Notes: a model not told the origin generated them from the letters alone. Positions 10,653 to 21,347 are shown, counted from the first letter of the stretch. The stretch is DNA of 64,000 nucleotides from Candidatus Eiseniibacteriota bacterium (GCA_963783375.1 CAWANH010000028.1:1856001-1920000); one strand, 5' to 3'. A program made the numbers and translations.

Positions 10653-10699
10653 CCTTGCCAAGGTGGTTGTCGCGGGTTCGAGTCCCGTCTTCCGCTCCA
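10653..10699 (+). repeat. attR-like duplicate of the tRNA-Gly 3' half
   Basis: CCTTGCCAAGGTGGTTGTCGCGGGTTCGAGTCCCGTCTTCCGCTCCA is identical to 7014-7060; the 5' half of the tRNA is absent here. Confidence 0.93.
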
Positions 10700-10705
10700 C
10701 TTCTT

Positions 10706-10734
10706 CGGGCGGCCGCCGGGCCGCCCGCTTTCTT
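10706..10734 (+). terminator. Rho-independent terminator-like hairpin after the displaced tRNA 3' end
   Basis: CGGGCGGCC-GCCG-GGCCGCCCG followed by CTTTCTT. Confidence 0.55.
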
Positions 10735-10774
10735 GGGCGGCCGGTGCCGTGTTTCCCCCCCTCGACCAGGACTG

Positions 10775-10916
10775 TCTCCGAAGGCCTCTCTTGAACTCCT
10801 CGAATTTCCCGGCATGCCCTTCCCGCTCGCACCAGGAACGGACGGCCTCCAGATCCACCGCCCGGTCTCGCCACGGCAACGGCCTGACTCAAGACCGATC
10901 GGTCGTTCCAGTGGAG
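10775..10916 (-). pseudogene. Frameshifted C-terminal remnant of a hypothetical protein
   Basis: Two adjacent frames read HWNDRSVLSQAVAVAR / DRAVDLEAVRSWCEREGHAGKFEEFKRGL, which is protein-like; no plausible start. Confidence 0.35.
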
Positions 10917-11140
10917 GCCGCCGACGCCCGCCCGGCATTTCTCCTCCCGCCCTCCAAATCCGAGGCCCGGACGGTGCAGCCTGAAGGCGGATGGTGTAGC
11001 CTCGCCGCGATCGAATCGGGAAGGCCCGGTTCCCCCCGCCGCGCGGGGGCCGGGCCGCGGGGAGTCGTGGCGAGGGTTGCGCTCCGGCGCCCCGCATCCC
11101 GCCGGACCATGCACGGAGACCTTCGGGTCGGGGAGGGTCC

Positions 11141-12304
11141 ATGCCCAGGAACGCCTTCAGGACGGCGGTGGTGACGGCGGTCCTCGCCGCCTCGGCGCTC
11201 ATCGCGCGAAACGCCTACACCATACCGCGCTATTCCGCCCGCTACGGCCAGGAGTGCAGCCTCTGCCACATGAACCCCACCGGGGGGGGCGAGCGCTCGC
11301 TCTACGCCAGCCAGTACCTCGTCCCCAAGGAGATGGCGGTGGTGAAGCTGGACGAGGAGGCCCGGAAGAAGATCGACCCCCAGCTCAGCCGCACCATCAC
11401 CGCCGGGGTGGACCTCCGCACGTTCTTCTTCCGGTCGAACAGCGAAACGCCGAACCTGGCCTTCGACACCCAGGACTTCATGCAGATGGAGGGAAACCTC
11501 TACCTCCACCTCCAGCTCGACGACCGGTTCTCCGCCTACATGTCCCGCGGGATGTCGGGGGAGTACGAGGTCTTCGGCATGGGCTACATCCTGCCCCTGA
11601 ACGGCTACGTCAAGGTGGGGCGGTTCATGCCCGCCTACGGCTGGCGGTTCGCCGACCACACCTCCTTCGTCCGGGAGCTCATGGGCTTCTTCCCTCCCAC
11701 CCACACCGACGTGGGGATGGAGGTGGGGGTTCATCCCGGGCGGGGAGCGGTGAGCCTGGCCCTTCTGAACGGCGCCCGGGGTTCCATTCAGGACGGCGAC
11801 AAGAACCTGGCCGTGGTGGGCCGGGCCTCCTACCGGTGGACGATGGGGACGGCCCAGGCCGCGCTGGGGGGCTCGTTCTACCGCAACCGGAAGGATTTCC
11901 TGAACACCCGGTACCAGTTGGGGGTGGGCGGCACCGACCGGACCGCGGGAGGGGGGTTCGGGTACCTGAGCGCCGGACCCGTCACCTGGGTGGGGGAGGC
12001 GGACGTGTCCCGGAACACCTTCCCGGGCCCGGCCGACAGCACGCGCACCTACTGGTTCACCACCCACGAGCTGACCTGGGACTTCATCCAGGGGGCGGAT
12101 CTCCGGGGGACCTTCGACTACCTGGACCCCGACACCGACCAGGACCTCCCCACCTACTCGCGGTACGGAATCGGGGCCGAGGTGATGCCGTATCCCTTCG
12201 TGAAGGTGACCGGGATGGTGAACTTCTGGCGGAGCAAGCCGGCGGCGGGGATGGCCAAGAACGACTACACCCAGGGGGAGCTGCAGGTCCATTTCTTCTA
12301 TTGA
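11141..12304 (+). CDS. Monoheme cytochrome c-porin fusion (Cyc2-like outer-membrane beta-barrel)
   Basis: Signal peptide, then IPRYSARYGQECSLCH; alternating amphipathic beta-strands; C-terminal QVHFFY beta-signal. Confidence 0.7.
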   Translation: MPRNAFRTAVVTAVLAASALIARNAYTIPRYSARYGQECSLCHMNPTGGGERSLYASQYLVPKEMAVVKLDEEARKKIDPQLSRTITAGVDLRTFFFRSNSETPNLAFDTQDFMQMEGNLYLHLQLDDRFSAYMSRGMSGEYEVFGMGYILPLNGYVKVGRFMPAYGWRFADHTSFVRELMGFFPPTHTDVGMEVGVHPGRGAVSLALLNGARGSIQDGDKNLAVVGRASYRWTMGTAQAALGGSFYRNRKDFLNTRYQLGVGGTDRTAGGGFGYLSAGPVTWVGEADVSRNTFPGPADSTRTYWFTTHELTWDFIQGADLRGTFDYLDPDTDQDLPTYSRYGIGAEVMPYPFVKVTGMVNFWRSKPAAGMAKNDYTQGELQVHFFY

Positions 12305-12379
12305 GCCGGCGCCGACCCGGTCCGCCCGCCCCGCGGAACCGGCCGGGTGGGCGACCGGGGGCCGAGAAAGGAACCCACG

Positions 12380-12982
12380 ATGAAAGCCGTGACCCTGGTG
12401 GCGCCGATCCTGGCCGCCGCCGTTCTCGGAGCGGGAAGCGCTTCCGCCGCCCGGTATCGGATCGCTCCCGGCGGGAAGAACCGGGTGACCTTCGTCTCCA
12501 AGGCCACCATGGAGACCTTCGACGGGCACACCGACCAGGTCACGGGGACGGTGGAGTTCGATCCGGCCGCCCTCGCCGACAGCGCCCGGGTCCACGTGGA
12601 GGTGGACCTGGCCAGCCTCGACACCGGGATCGAGCTTCGGAACCGCCACATGCGGCAAAACCACCTCGAGACCGACACGTACCCCAAGGCGGTATTCGAC
12701 GGGGGACGGATCCTCGAGCCCTCGGCGGGAGCCCTCGGCGCCGGGGCGGCGGTGACCTTCGCCCTGGCCGGGAGCCTCACCGTGCACGGGGTCACCCGCC
12801 CGGCCGAGGTTCCGGTCCGGGTCTCCCGGGACACGGTGGACGGGAAGGATGTCCTTCACATAACGACCTCGTTTCCCCTTTCCCTCGCCGACTACGGCAT
12901 CGACCGGCCCCGGTTCCTGGTCCTGAAGCTCAGCGACCGGCAGGAGATCCGCCTCGATCTCACCGCCGTGTCCGTCCCCTGA
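12380..12982 (+). CDS. YceI family periplasmic polyisoprenoid-binding protein
   Basis: Signal peptide; SLDTGIELRNRHMR, 'YPKAVF', GSLTVHGVTR, 'DYGI'. Confidence 0.88.
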   Translation: MKAVTLVAPILAAAVLGAGSASAARYRIAPGGKNRVTFVSKATMETFDGHTDQVTGTVEFDPAALADSARVHVEVDLASLDTGIELRNRHMRQNHLETDTYPKAVFDGGRILEPSAGALGAGAAVTFALAGSLTVHGVTRPAEVPVRVSRDTVDGKDVLHITTSFPLSLADYGIDRPRFLVLKLSDRQEIRLDLTAVSVP

Positions 12983-13083
12983 CCCCGGACCCCCGCGCGC
13001 CCTCGGCGGAGGGAATCCGGGCCGGCAATGGTGTATCCTCCCCCGGGGATAGGAATTCAGGAGGGTGGGACGCGGTGGGCGCC

Positions 13084-13878
13084 ATGACACATCTTCAAAG
13101 ACCGGAGTTCAAGGTACGGGCGCTCCTCATCGGGGAGCACATCGATCTCCGCGCGCTCGAAGCCACCGAGCGGCTGTCCGCATCGCCCCTCACCGTGGCG
13201 GTGAGCGGGGGCGGGGTGGCCGTCCTCTTCCGCTACGGCGTCATTTCGTTTTTCGACGTCGCCCCCATGGAGGAGGCCGCATTCCTGACCGGGCTCAAGC
13301 CCCTGGTGGGCGGGGCCCTGGACCGTCCGGAAACCGAATCCCTGGAGATCCGGATCGACCCTTCGGCGGTGGAGGGGATCAAGGGGAACGCCGTCGCGCT
13401 CCTGGACGCCGAGGTGCCCCGGCTCCAGGTGGTGGCCGACGTCCTGGGCAAGAGCGTGATCCTCGCCTACTACGAGACCAAGGTCAGCCGCTCCTTCGAT
13501 CGCATCGAGCCCTTCGCCCAGAGCCTGGAGCGCAAGGGGAGCGGCACCCGCCAGGGGAAGGCCCTGCTCCGGATGCTGGGCGGGGCGCTCTTGAGCGAGG
13601 AGAGGATGGTGGGACGGGTGGAGGTGGGCGACAAGCCGGAGATCCTCTGGTCCCGGCCCGACCTGGAGAGTCTCTATGTGCGGTTGGAGAAGGAGTTCGA
13701 GATCCGCGAGCGGCACCAGGTCCTGGTCCGGAAACTCGAGCTCATCTCCCGCACCGCCCAGACCGTCCTCGAACTGCTCCAGAACAACCGTACGCTCCGG
13801 GTGGAGTGGTACATCGTGATCCTCATCGTGGTGGAGATCCTGGTGAGCCTCTACGGGATGTTCTTCCACGGCGGTTGA
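13084..13878 (+). CDS. RMD1/DUF155 (YagE-like) protein
   Basis: VLFRYGVISF, DKPEILW, EFEIRER, RVEWYIVILIVVEI C-terminal TM. Start trimmed from the spurious 933-aa ORF. Confidence 0.85.
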   Translation: MTHLQRPEFKVRALLIGEHIDLRALEATERLSASPLTVAVSGGGVAVLFRYGVISFFDVAPMEEAAFLTGLKPLVGGALDRPETESLEIRIDPSAVEGIKGNAVALLDAEVPRLQVVADVLGKSVILAYYETKVSRSFDRIEPFAQSLERKGSGTRQGKALLRMLGGALLSEERMVGRVEVGDKPEILWSRPDLESLYVRLEKEFEIRERHQVLVRKLELISRTAQTVLELLQNNRTLRVEWYIVILIVVEILVSLYGMFFHGG

Positions 13879-13912
13879 TCGGACGCATTGCGCGTCCGTC
13901 GGGAGGCGAGTC

Positions 13913-14785
13913 ATGAAACGGATCCTGGCGGCCGGTATCCTCGTCCTGGCGCTGGCGGGTTGCCGGAAGGAGAACCCCATGGCCGACAACGTCCAGAGCC
14001 TGGTCGACGCCGAGCGGGGGTTCGCCCGGAACGCGATCGCCCTCGGCATGCAGACCGCGTTCATGAATGCCCTGGCCGACGACGGGGTGGTCTTCCGGCC
14101 CTACGCGGTGAACGGGAAGGAGTTCTACCGGGACCGCGAGGATCCCGAGGGTGACTTGATCTGGGCCCCGGAACGGGCCGAGGTCTCGACCGCCGGCGAT
14201 CTCGGCTACACCACCGGCCCCTGGGAGTTCCGCCGCGGCGGAACCGAGGGCGAGGTGCTGGCCACCGGCCGCTACATCTCGGTGTGGACCCGCGGGAAGG
14301 ACGGGGTCTGGCGCCTGGCCGCGGACATCGGCACCTCGGGTCCGGCGGGCGGGGCGATGCCGGACAGCGTGGACGTGACCGGGCCATCCCGCCGCGCTTC
14401 GGTCCCCTCATCCGAGGCCTCGCTGGAAGCCCTCCACGCCCTGGACCGGCAGATCTCCTCCGCCGCCTACAGCCGGGGGACCGCGGCCGCCCTGGAACCC
14501 CTGGGGGCCGCCGATCTCCAGGTCTACCGGAACGATCGCGACCCCGCCCTCGGCCGGGGAGACGCGTTGATCGCCCTCACCGCTCTCGACGAGAAGATCG
14601 GTTACGACCCGGAGGGCGGCGGGATCGCCGCGTCCGGTGATTTCGGCTTCACCTACGGGCGCACCACCCGGGCTCCGAGCGCCCCGGGGGAGGCGGGTCC
14701 GGAGGGAAGCTATCTCCGGATCTTCAGGGCCGACTCCGATCACCGGTGGACGGTGGCCCTGGACGTGGCGGTTCCGGGGGACTGA
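13913..14785 (+). CDS. Lipoprotein with tandem NTF2/DUF4440-like domains
   Basis: Lipobox LAGC; duplicated 'S.aGDlGYT.G...G.Y..vW......W....D' modules. Confidence 0.75.
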   Translation: MKRILAAGILVLALAGCRKENPMADNVQSLVDAERGFARNAIALGMQTAFMNALADDGVVFRPYAVNGKEFYRDREDPEGDLIWAPERAEVSTAGDLGYTTGPWEFRRGGTEGEVLATGRYISVWTRGKDGVWRLAADIGTSGPAGGAMPDSVDVTGPSRRASVPSSEASLEALHALDRQISSAAYSRGTAAALEPLGAADLQVYRNDRDPALGRGDALIALTALDEKIGYDPEGGGIAASGDFGFTYGRTTRAPSAPGEAGPEGSYLRIFRADSDHRWTVALDVAVPGD

Positions 14786-15053
14786 TCGCTTCCGGGCGCC
14801 GCGGGAGCGGGATGCGGCGACCCCGCGCAGGCCCCGGCTGGCGGGTTTTCGGTCGTGGCGTTAAGGTTGGAGGACTGAACCGGGGGCCCCGACGGTAGTC
14901 ACCAGCGTGGCGGGGCGGAGCCCGGCATTCCTTATCCGATCGCATTTTGTCCGGGATACCGGCGGCCGACCCGGCGGTTCCGCGCCACACCTGAAACAAT
15001 CGGCTCCGCGGAACGGACCGGCTGCGATCGCGGGGTCTCCAAGGCGGTAAACC

Positions 15054-15821
15054 ATGGCACGTTTATTTTCCATCAAATCGTGGGCCTTTATACTGGTTTC
15101 GGCGCTCCTGGCCGGCGGAACGGCTCCGGCCCGGGCCGACGACAAGCCCCCCTCCGACCGCGAGCTCGCCACCGCCGTCCGGCGACAGCTCCTGAAGCAC
15201 GGAATCGAGGCCGGCGACAACGTCACCGTGACGGTGGCGGACTCGGTGATCACCCTGGAGGGCGCCGTTTCCACCCTGGCCGAACGGATGCAGGCGGTGC
15301 GGGACGCCCGCGAAGCCGAGGAGCGCTACCGGGTGGTGGACCGCCTTGCGGTGGCCCCGTCCGGTCTCAGCGACGTCCAGATGGAGCAGCGGATCACCGA
15401 CCGGATCCAGAGCTTCGTCTTCTACAACATCTTCGATTGGGTGGCGCCCGAGGTGAAGTCGGGGACGGCGACCCTCACCGGTTGGGTGGTGGAACCCTGG
15501 CACCAGGGCCAGTACGTGAAGCTGGCGGCCCGGGTTCCGGGGGTCACGGCGATCAAGAACGAGATCCGGGTCCTCCCGGTCTCGGTGTACGACGACCAGA
15601 TCCGGCGCGAGGCGGCGCGCGAGATCTACGACGACCCCCTCCTCCAGGGCTATGCCTACGACATCAGCAAACCGGTCCACATCATCGTGGACAGCGGACG
15701 GGTGACCCTCCTGGGGTGGGTGGGTTCGGAGGCGGAGAAAGCCTGGGCGGCGAGCCTGGTCGAGTTCCACACCGACGCGGTGGACGTGGTCAACGATCTG
15801 GTGGTGAAATCGAAGTCGTAG
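15054..15821 (+). CDS. Periplasmic BON-domain protein (three BON domains)
   Basis: Signal peptide; repeated 'V.V..g.vTL.G.V' and 'GV..I.NEI.V / V.VVNDL.V'. Confidence 0.85.
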   Translation: MARLFSIKSWAFILVSALLAGGTAPARADDKPPSDRELATAVRRQLLKHGIEAGDNVTVTVADSVITLEGAVSTLAERMQAVRDAREAEERYRVVDRLAVAPSGLSDVQMEQRITDRIQSFVFYNIFDWVAPEVKSGTATLTGWVVEPWHQGQYVKLAARVPGVTAIKNEIRVLPVSVYDDQIRREAAREIYDDPLLQGYAYDISKPVHIIVDSGRVTLLGWVGSEAEKAWAASLVEFHTDAVDVVNDLVVKSKS

Positions 15822-15894
15822 ATCGTTCCTGGATTCCCCCGGCGCGGGAATCGGAATCGGCGCCCGTGACGGTATTCCAAAAGGAGACCAAGCG

Positions 15895-17310
15895 ATGGCG
15901 GAAGCCAAACAACACATCGGGATGATCGGGCTGGGGGTCATGGGGAGGAACTTCCTCCTGAACCTGGCCGACCACGGCTTCTCCGCCGCCGGTTACGACA
16001 AGGACGCGGAGAAGGTGAAGGCGCTCCGGGAGGAAGGGAAGGAGAAGGCGGTGAAAGGGGCGGATGGCGTGGAGGAGTTCCTGGGGCTCCTCGAGCGGCC
16101 CCGGGCGGTCATGCTCCTGGTGCCGGCGGGAAAGATCGTGGACTCGGTCATCGACGAACTGGTGCCGCACCTGGATGACGGTGATCTCATCATCGACGGC
16201 GGGAACTCCCGCTTCACCGACACCGACCGGCGCGCGGAGGCCCTCGCCGCGAAGAAACTGGGCTTTCTGGGGGTGGGAATCTCCGGCGGGGAGAAGGGAG
16301 CGCGCTTCGGTCCCAGCATGATGCCGGGCGGGCCCCCGGAGGTCTACGAGCGCGTGCGGGAGATGTTCGAGGCCGCCTCGGCCACGGTCGATGGCCAGCC
16401 CTGCGTGACCTGGCTCGGCCCGGGTTCCGCCGGGCACTACGTGAAGATGGTTCACAACGGGATCGAGTACGGCCTCATCCAGCTCCTGGCCGAATCCTAC
16501 GATCTCATGAAGCGGGGCCTGGGGCTCGACAACGACGAGCTTCACGACGTCTACGCCGACTGGAACGAGGGCGAACTGGCCGGATTCCTGATGGAGATCA
16601 CCGCGGACATCTTCCTGAAGCCGGACGACCGGGCCGACGGGCGCCTGATCGACGCGATCAAGGACCAGGCCAAGCAGAAGGGGACGGGGAAGTGGACCTC
16701 CCAGGACGCCATGGACCTTCAGGCGCCGGTCCCCACCATCGACGCCGCGGTGGCCTGGCGCGACCTCTCGGCGTTCAAGGAGGAGCGGGTCCAGGCCGGG
16801 GAGACCATGCGGGGTCCCGCCGCCGAATTCGACGGCGATCGAAAGGCGTTCCTGGCCCGTCTCCGCGAGGCGATGTACGCGGCCATGGTCGCCACCTACG
16901 CCCAGGGGCTGGCCCAGCTCCGGGTGGCCTCGAAGGCCTACGGGTACGACCTCGACCTGGAAGCGGTGGCCCGGATCTGGCGCGGCGGCTGCATCATCCG
17001 GGCCGCTCTCCTGGAGGACGTCCGAAGCGCCATGAAGGGTCGACCCGACCTTCCCAACCTGCTCCTCGATCCCGGATTTCAGGAAAGGCTGGCCGGGCGA
17101 ACCCCCGGGCTCAGGGAAGTGGTGCGGACCGCGGCGGACATCGGGCTTCCCGTGCCCGCCCTCATGGCGTCCCTGGCCTACATGGACGGATACCGGAGCG
17201 CCTGGAGCCCGGCCAACCTGATCCAGGCCCAGCGGGACTACTTCGGCTCCCACAGCTACGAGCGCGTCGACGCCGAAGGCGTCTTCCATACGCGGTGGCA
17301 GGAAGGCTGA
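15895..17310 (+). CDS. gndA: NADP-dependent 6-phosphogluconate dehydrogenase (decarboxylating)
   Basis: [57 protein letters not shown]. Confidence 0.96.
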   Translation: MAEAKQHIGMIGLGVMGRNFLLNLADHGFSAAGYDKDAEKVKALREEGKEKAVKGADGVEEFLGLLERPRAVMLLVPAGKIVDSVIDELVPHLDDGDLIIDGGNSRFTDTDRRAEALAAKKLGFLGVGISGGEKGARFGPSMMPGGPPEVYERVREMFEAASATVDGQPCVTWLGPGSAGHYVKMVHNGIEYGLIQLLAESYDLMKRGLGLDNDELHDVYADWNEGELAGFLMEITADIFLKPDDRADGRLIDAIKDQAKQKGTGKWTSQDAMDLQAPVPTIDAAVAWRDLSAFKEERVQAGETMRGPAAEFDGDRKAFLARLREAMYAAMVATYAQGLAQLRVASKAYGYDLDLEAVARIWRGGCIIRAALLEDVRSAMKGRPDLPNLLLDPGFQERLAGRTPGLREVVRTAADIGLPVPALMASLAYMDGYRSAWSPANLIQAQRDYFGSHSYERVDAEGVFHTRWQEG

Positions 17311-17365
17311 ACGCGGCCGGGGCCATCCGCGGCGCCTCGAGCGTCCGCGCCCAGGAGGATTCATC

Positions 17366-18907
17366 ATGGACGACCCGGTCGAGTTCGGCCCCACCATCCT
17401 GACCATTTTCGGGGCCGCGGGAGACCTCACCTGGCGGAAGCTGGTGCCCGCCCTCTACAACCTGTTCCTGGATCGCCGCCTCCCCGGGCGGTTCGCGATG
17501 ATCGGCGTGGACGGGCGATCCATGAAGGACGGCGAGCTGAGCCGGCGCCTGAAGGAGGGCGTGAACCGCTTCTCGCGCCGGGGAAAGGTGGAGACGGAGA
17601 GGTGGGAGGAGTTTTCGAAGTCCCTCACCCAGCTGGTCATCGGCGACTTCGAAGGTGAGGACCTCTATGCGAACCTGGTCGAGGCCATCGCCGGCATTGA
17701 AGCCGGGTGGGGAAAGCCCGCCGACCACGTGTTCTACCTCGCCACCCCGCCGGCCATGGTGGAGACGATCGTCGAACATCTCGGAGCGGCGGGATTGGCC
17801 CGGCGCCGGGAGCGGTCCCGGGTGGTGGTGGAGAAGCCGTTCGGTCACGACCTTCAGAGCGCGCGCGACCTGAACCGCCGGATCAACCAGGTCTTCCACG
17901 AGCCCCAGATCTTCCGCATCGATCACTACCTGGGGAAGGAGACCGTCCAGAACATCCTGGCCTTCCGGTTCGCCAACGCGCTCTTCGAGCCGCTCTGGGA
18001 CCGCCGGAGCATCGACCACGTGCAGATCACCGTGGCCGAGGAGGTGGGGGTCGAGCATCGGGGGAGCTATTACGACCGGGCGGGGGCGCTCCGGGACATG
18101 GTCCAGAATCACCTGTTCCAGGTCCTCTGCCTGGTGGCGATGGAGGCCCCGGTCTCCTTCTCCGCCGACGAGATCCGCGCCAAGAAGGTGGACGTGCTCC
18201 ATGCGGTGCGCCGCATCCGGCCCGAGGAGGTTCACGAGCTGGCGATACGGGGGCAGTACGGATCGGGTTGGATCCGCGGACGGAAGGTCCCCGGCTACCG
18301 CGCCGAGGACGGCGTGGATCCGGACTCGGTCACCGAGAGCTTCGTCGCGCTCAAGATCATGGTCGACAACTGGCGCTGGCAGGGGGTGCCCTTCTACCTC
18401 CGCACCGGGAAGCGGCTCCCCGCCAAGGTGTCCGAGGTTTCGGTGCAGTTCCGGCCGGTCCCCCACCAGGCGTTTCCCGCCTCCTCCCTCGAGGACTGGC
18501 AGCCCAACCGCCTGGTCATCCGGATCCAGCCCGACGAGGGGATCCTGCTCCGGATCCAGGCCAAGCGCCCGGGGCTGGACCTCCGGCTGAGCCCGGTGGA
18601 CATGCACTTCAAGTACAAGGAGGCGTTCCGGGCCTCGCCCCCCGAAGCCTACGAGACCCTGCTCCAGGACGTGATGCAGGGCGACGCCACCCTCTTCATG
18701 CGCGCGGACCAGGTCGAGGCGGCGTGGGCGGCGATCGCCCCGGTGCTCGAGGTGTGGGAAGCGGCCCCCCCGGTGGAGTTCCCGGACTACGCGGCGGGAC
18801 GCTGGGGCCCCGAGGCGGCGGAGGAACTGGTGGCGAGGGACGGGCGGAGCTGGATCCTGCCCACGGTGATCGAGGAGCGGAAAGAAGAGAAGCTCCGCGA
18901 GGGTTGA
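17366..18907 (+). CDS. zwf: Glucose-6-phosphate 1-dehydrogenase
   Basis: [48 protein letters not shown]. Confidence 0.97.
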   Translation: MDDPVEFGPTILTIFGAAGDLTWRKLVPALYNLFLDRRLPGRFAMIGVDGRSMKDGELSRRLKEGVNRFSRRGKVETERWEEFSKSLTQLVIGDFEGEDLYANLVEAIAGIEAGWGKPADHVFYLATPPAMVETIVEHLGAAGLARRRERSRVVVEKPFGHDLQSARDLNRRINQVFHEPQIFRIDHYLGKETVQNILAFRFANALFEPLWDRRSIDHVQITVAEEVGVEHRGSYYDRAGALRDMVQNHLFQVLCLVAMEAPVSFSADEIRAKKVDVLHAVRRIRPEEVHELAIRGQYGSGWIRGRKVPGYRAEDGVDPDSVTESFVALKIMVDNWRWQGVPFYLRTGKRLPAKVSEVSVQFRPVPHQAFPASSLEDWQPNRLVIRIQPDEGILLRIQAKRPGLDLRLSPVDMHFKYKEAFRASPPEAYETLLQDVMQGDATLFMRADQVEAAWAAIAPVLEVWEAAPPVEFPDYAAGRWGPEAAEELVARDGRSWILPTVIEERKEEKLREG

Positions 18908-19077
18908 GCCGGCCCGCGGCCGAAAATCCGACTCTCCATATCCGGTTTCAATGATTGGAAAACACTTATCGATCCTGATGTCGGGTAGTCCCTCCGGCAT
19001 AAGAGGACTATTCTGCTCGCCAAACTTCGGAAACGTCCCCGTGGCGGTCTTGGGTCATGCAGGGAAAGGGGTGGGCC

Positions 19078-21315
19078 ATGACGAGTTTGGTCCGGTTGGA
19101 CGCTTCGAATGAATCGCTCCTGAAGACGCTCCCCGGTGACGAGATCCGCCAGATCCTGTGGCGTTTTGCCGACCGGTTCGACCTCCAGATGATGGTCCAG
19201 TCCTCCCGCACCGTGGCCCGCGGACCGGTGGCGCGGCTGGTGGCGGCGGGGGGGCGGAACTCCCACGAGTGGACCCCCGGCAAGGCCGAGCTCCTCACCG
19301 CCTATGACGCCGCCGGCATCACGTCGGTCTTCATCGATCCGGAGTACGGCGGGTTCCTGGAGGGGCCGAAGAACCTGGCCATGGCGCTCACCGCCTTCGA
19401 GCTGGCCTGGGTGGACGGGGGAGCGGCCACCGGCAGCATGGCCGGGCACCTCGCGCTGGCCCCCATTCACGAACGCGGCACTCCCGAGCAGAAGGCCACC
19501 TACATGGGCCGCGCCGTACCCCCCGGTCCCGACGGAGAGGGCCCGTGGCGGGGCGCCTTCTGCCTGACCGAGCCGCTCCCCTTCGTGGGGGTGGACACCG
19601 GGGTGCTCTCGGGCCGGGTCCGGGTGGCGGCGTGGAAGGACGGCGAGGAGCCGCTCCTGACCGTGGAGAAACGCGGGCGGTTCATCACCAACATGGGCTT
19701 TGCCGACTTCGTGACCGCGGCGGTGGACTCGGGGGATCCCCGGATCAAGGGAAGCTGCATGGTCATCCTGGAGAAATCCGACCCCGGCACCTTCGACCGC
19801 GGCGCCCCCACCCGGAAACTCGTCCATCAGCTCTCCTCGACCCGGGACCCCATCCTGAACCTCACCGTCCCGGCAAGCCGCATCATCGGGGGCTACCGGA
19901 TCGAGGACGGGGTGATCGTCCCCAACTTCTCCCACGGGGAGGTCATCGAGTCGGTCTTCCGCCGGACCCGGGTCACCGTGGGGCTCATGACTTCGGCCAA
20001 GCTCCTCTCCGCGGTGGAGCCGGTCATTCGCTACCAGCGGGGCCGTTTCCGGGGCGGGGCGGCCGAGGTTCCCGGCACGCCGCGCCACGATCTGGGCCTC
20101 CAGATGAAGGAGGACGCGCTCAATCGCCTGGTGGACGTCTGGGCGGCGGGAGAGGCCGGGGCCTCCCTCGGCTTCGCCACCGCGCGCTTCTTCGACGACT
20201 TCGATCCCCTGGACCGGGGCCGCGAGGAGATCTTCACCGAGGCCGGACTTCCGGCCGGCCGCGCCCGCATCCGCGCCCTGGCCGCGCGCGAGGCCTCGGT
20301 GGTGGAGTACGTGCGCCTCTCGTCACGCCCCGGCGCGGATCCCGCCGCCTACCGGACGCTTCACGAGGACCGGCTGGTGCGGTTCCTGGCCGCGGACGCG
20401 GTGGCCAACGTCCTCTGCCCCGCGGTGAAGCTCTGGAACACCGGCCAGGGGGCCACCATGATGCGCGAAGCGGTGAGCCTCATGGGGGGCTACGGGATCA
20501 CCGAGGATTGCCCCGGCTTCCTCGGCCAGAAGTGGATGGACGCCCAGCTCGAGGCCACCTACGAGGGACCGGAAGCCGTCCAGCGCCGCCAGCTCTCGGT
20601 CACCATGACCCACCCCGCCTTCCTGGCCTGGTTCGAGGTGTGGATCCGCGAGATGCGGGAGGTGGCCTCCGTCCGGCCCGGGACCGGAGCCTGCGCCCTG
20701 GCCTCGGCCATGGAGCTCTGGCGGTGGACGCTTCGCCACCTGATCGATTCGACCGACGCCGAGGGACGTCCCCTCTATCGCGACCAGCGCCAGGGAGTGA
20801 CCTTTCCCATGGCCGACGCCCTGGCCTGGCTCCTGGCCTCCCGCGCCCAGATCCTCGACGTGATGGAGCTCGCCGGAGGCGGGCCGAACGGCCCGGATTC
20901 GGTGGAGGGGCTGGCCGGCTCCGTCGCGTTCCTCACCGATCTTTGCCACGTTCAGGCCGCCCGGGCGGCGGGGGAGGCGGCGCGGATAGCCACCGAACTC
21001 ATCCACGGCTACAACCGCCATCCGGTCTGGGACGAGACCGCGTGTGATTGCTATCTCGCCGGCGACCTCGACGCCCTGGAATCGGTGATGAGCGGAATCG
21101 CCGCTTGCGCCCGGGGTCTCGCCGACGTGATCGAGGACGACGGAAGCCATCCCGCCAAGGCCGGACCCTGCGTCCGTCCGCGGGGTCTCGAGCCCTTCGA
21201 GCGGCGGCGGGCCAAGCTCGACGGCTGCCTGACCGGGGCCCGGCTGGCCAGGGACCGGGCCGCCCGCGCGCTCACCTCGGTCATGATCCCCGAAGCGCTG
21301 GACTACCCGGCGTGA
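19078..21315 (+). CDS. Large acyl-CoA dehydrogenase family protein
   Basis: AFCLTEP, 'KRGRFITN', 'MGGYGITED', 'TYEGPEAVQ'; C-terminal extension. Confidence 0.8.
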   Translation: MTSLVRLDASNESLLKTLPGDEIRQILWRFADRFDLQMMVQSSRTVARGPVARLVAAGGRNSHEWTPGKAELLTAYDAAGITSVFIDPEYGGFLEGPKNLAMALTAFELAWVDGGAATGSMAGHLALAPIHERGTPEQKATYMGRAVPPGPDGEGPWRGAFCLTEPLPFVGVDTGVLSGRVRVAAWKDGEEPLLTVEKRGRFITNMGFADFVTAAVDSGDPRIKGSCMVILEKSDPGTFDRGAPTRKLVHQLSSTRDPILNLTVPASRIIGGYRIEDGVIVPNFSHGEVIESVFRRTRVTVGLMTSAKLLSAVEPVIRYQRGRFRGGAAEVPGTPRHDLGLQMKEDALNRLVDVWAAGEAGASLGFATARFFDDFDPLDRGREEIFTEAGLPAGRARIRALAAREASVVEYVRLSSRPGADPAAYRTLHEDRLVRFLAADAVANVLCPAVKLWNTGQGATMMREAVSLMGGYGITEDCPGFLGQKWMDAQLEATYEGPEAVQRRQLSVTMTHPAFLAWFEVWIREMREVASVRPGTGACALASAMELWRWTLRHLIDSTDAEGRPLYRDQRQGVTFPMADALAWLLASRAQILDVMELAGGGPNGPDSVEGLAGSVAFLTDLCHVQAARAAGEAARIATELIHGYNRHPVWDETACDCYLAGDLDALESVMSGIAACARGLADVIEDDGSHPAKAGPCVRPRGLEPFERRRAKLDGCLTGARLARDRAARALTSVMIPEALDYPA

Positions 21316-21347
21316 GCCCCGATCCGACGGGCGTGGGCGAAGGCGGC

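Larger units (their letters stand above)
7014..10699. mobile_element. tRNA-Gly-integrated genomic islet (3.6 kb, no integrase)
   Basis: 47-bp direct repeat of the tRNA 3' half at 7014-7060 and 10653-10699; a single cargo gene; interior visibly more A/T-rich than the flanks. Confidence 0.8.

Noticed and set aside
10653-10699. Second tRNA-Gly gene
   Set aside because: Only the 3' 47 nt are present; the acceptor 5' strand and D-arm are missing, so it is an att repeat.
11077-13878. 933-aa ORF as a single protein
   Set aside because: The first ~670 aa are Arg/Pro/Gly-rich shadow translation over the porin and yceI genes; only 13084-13878 is RMD1-like.
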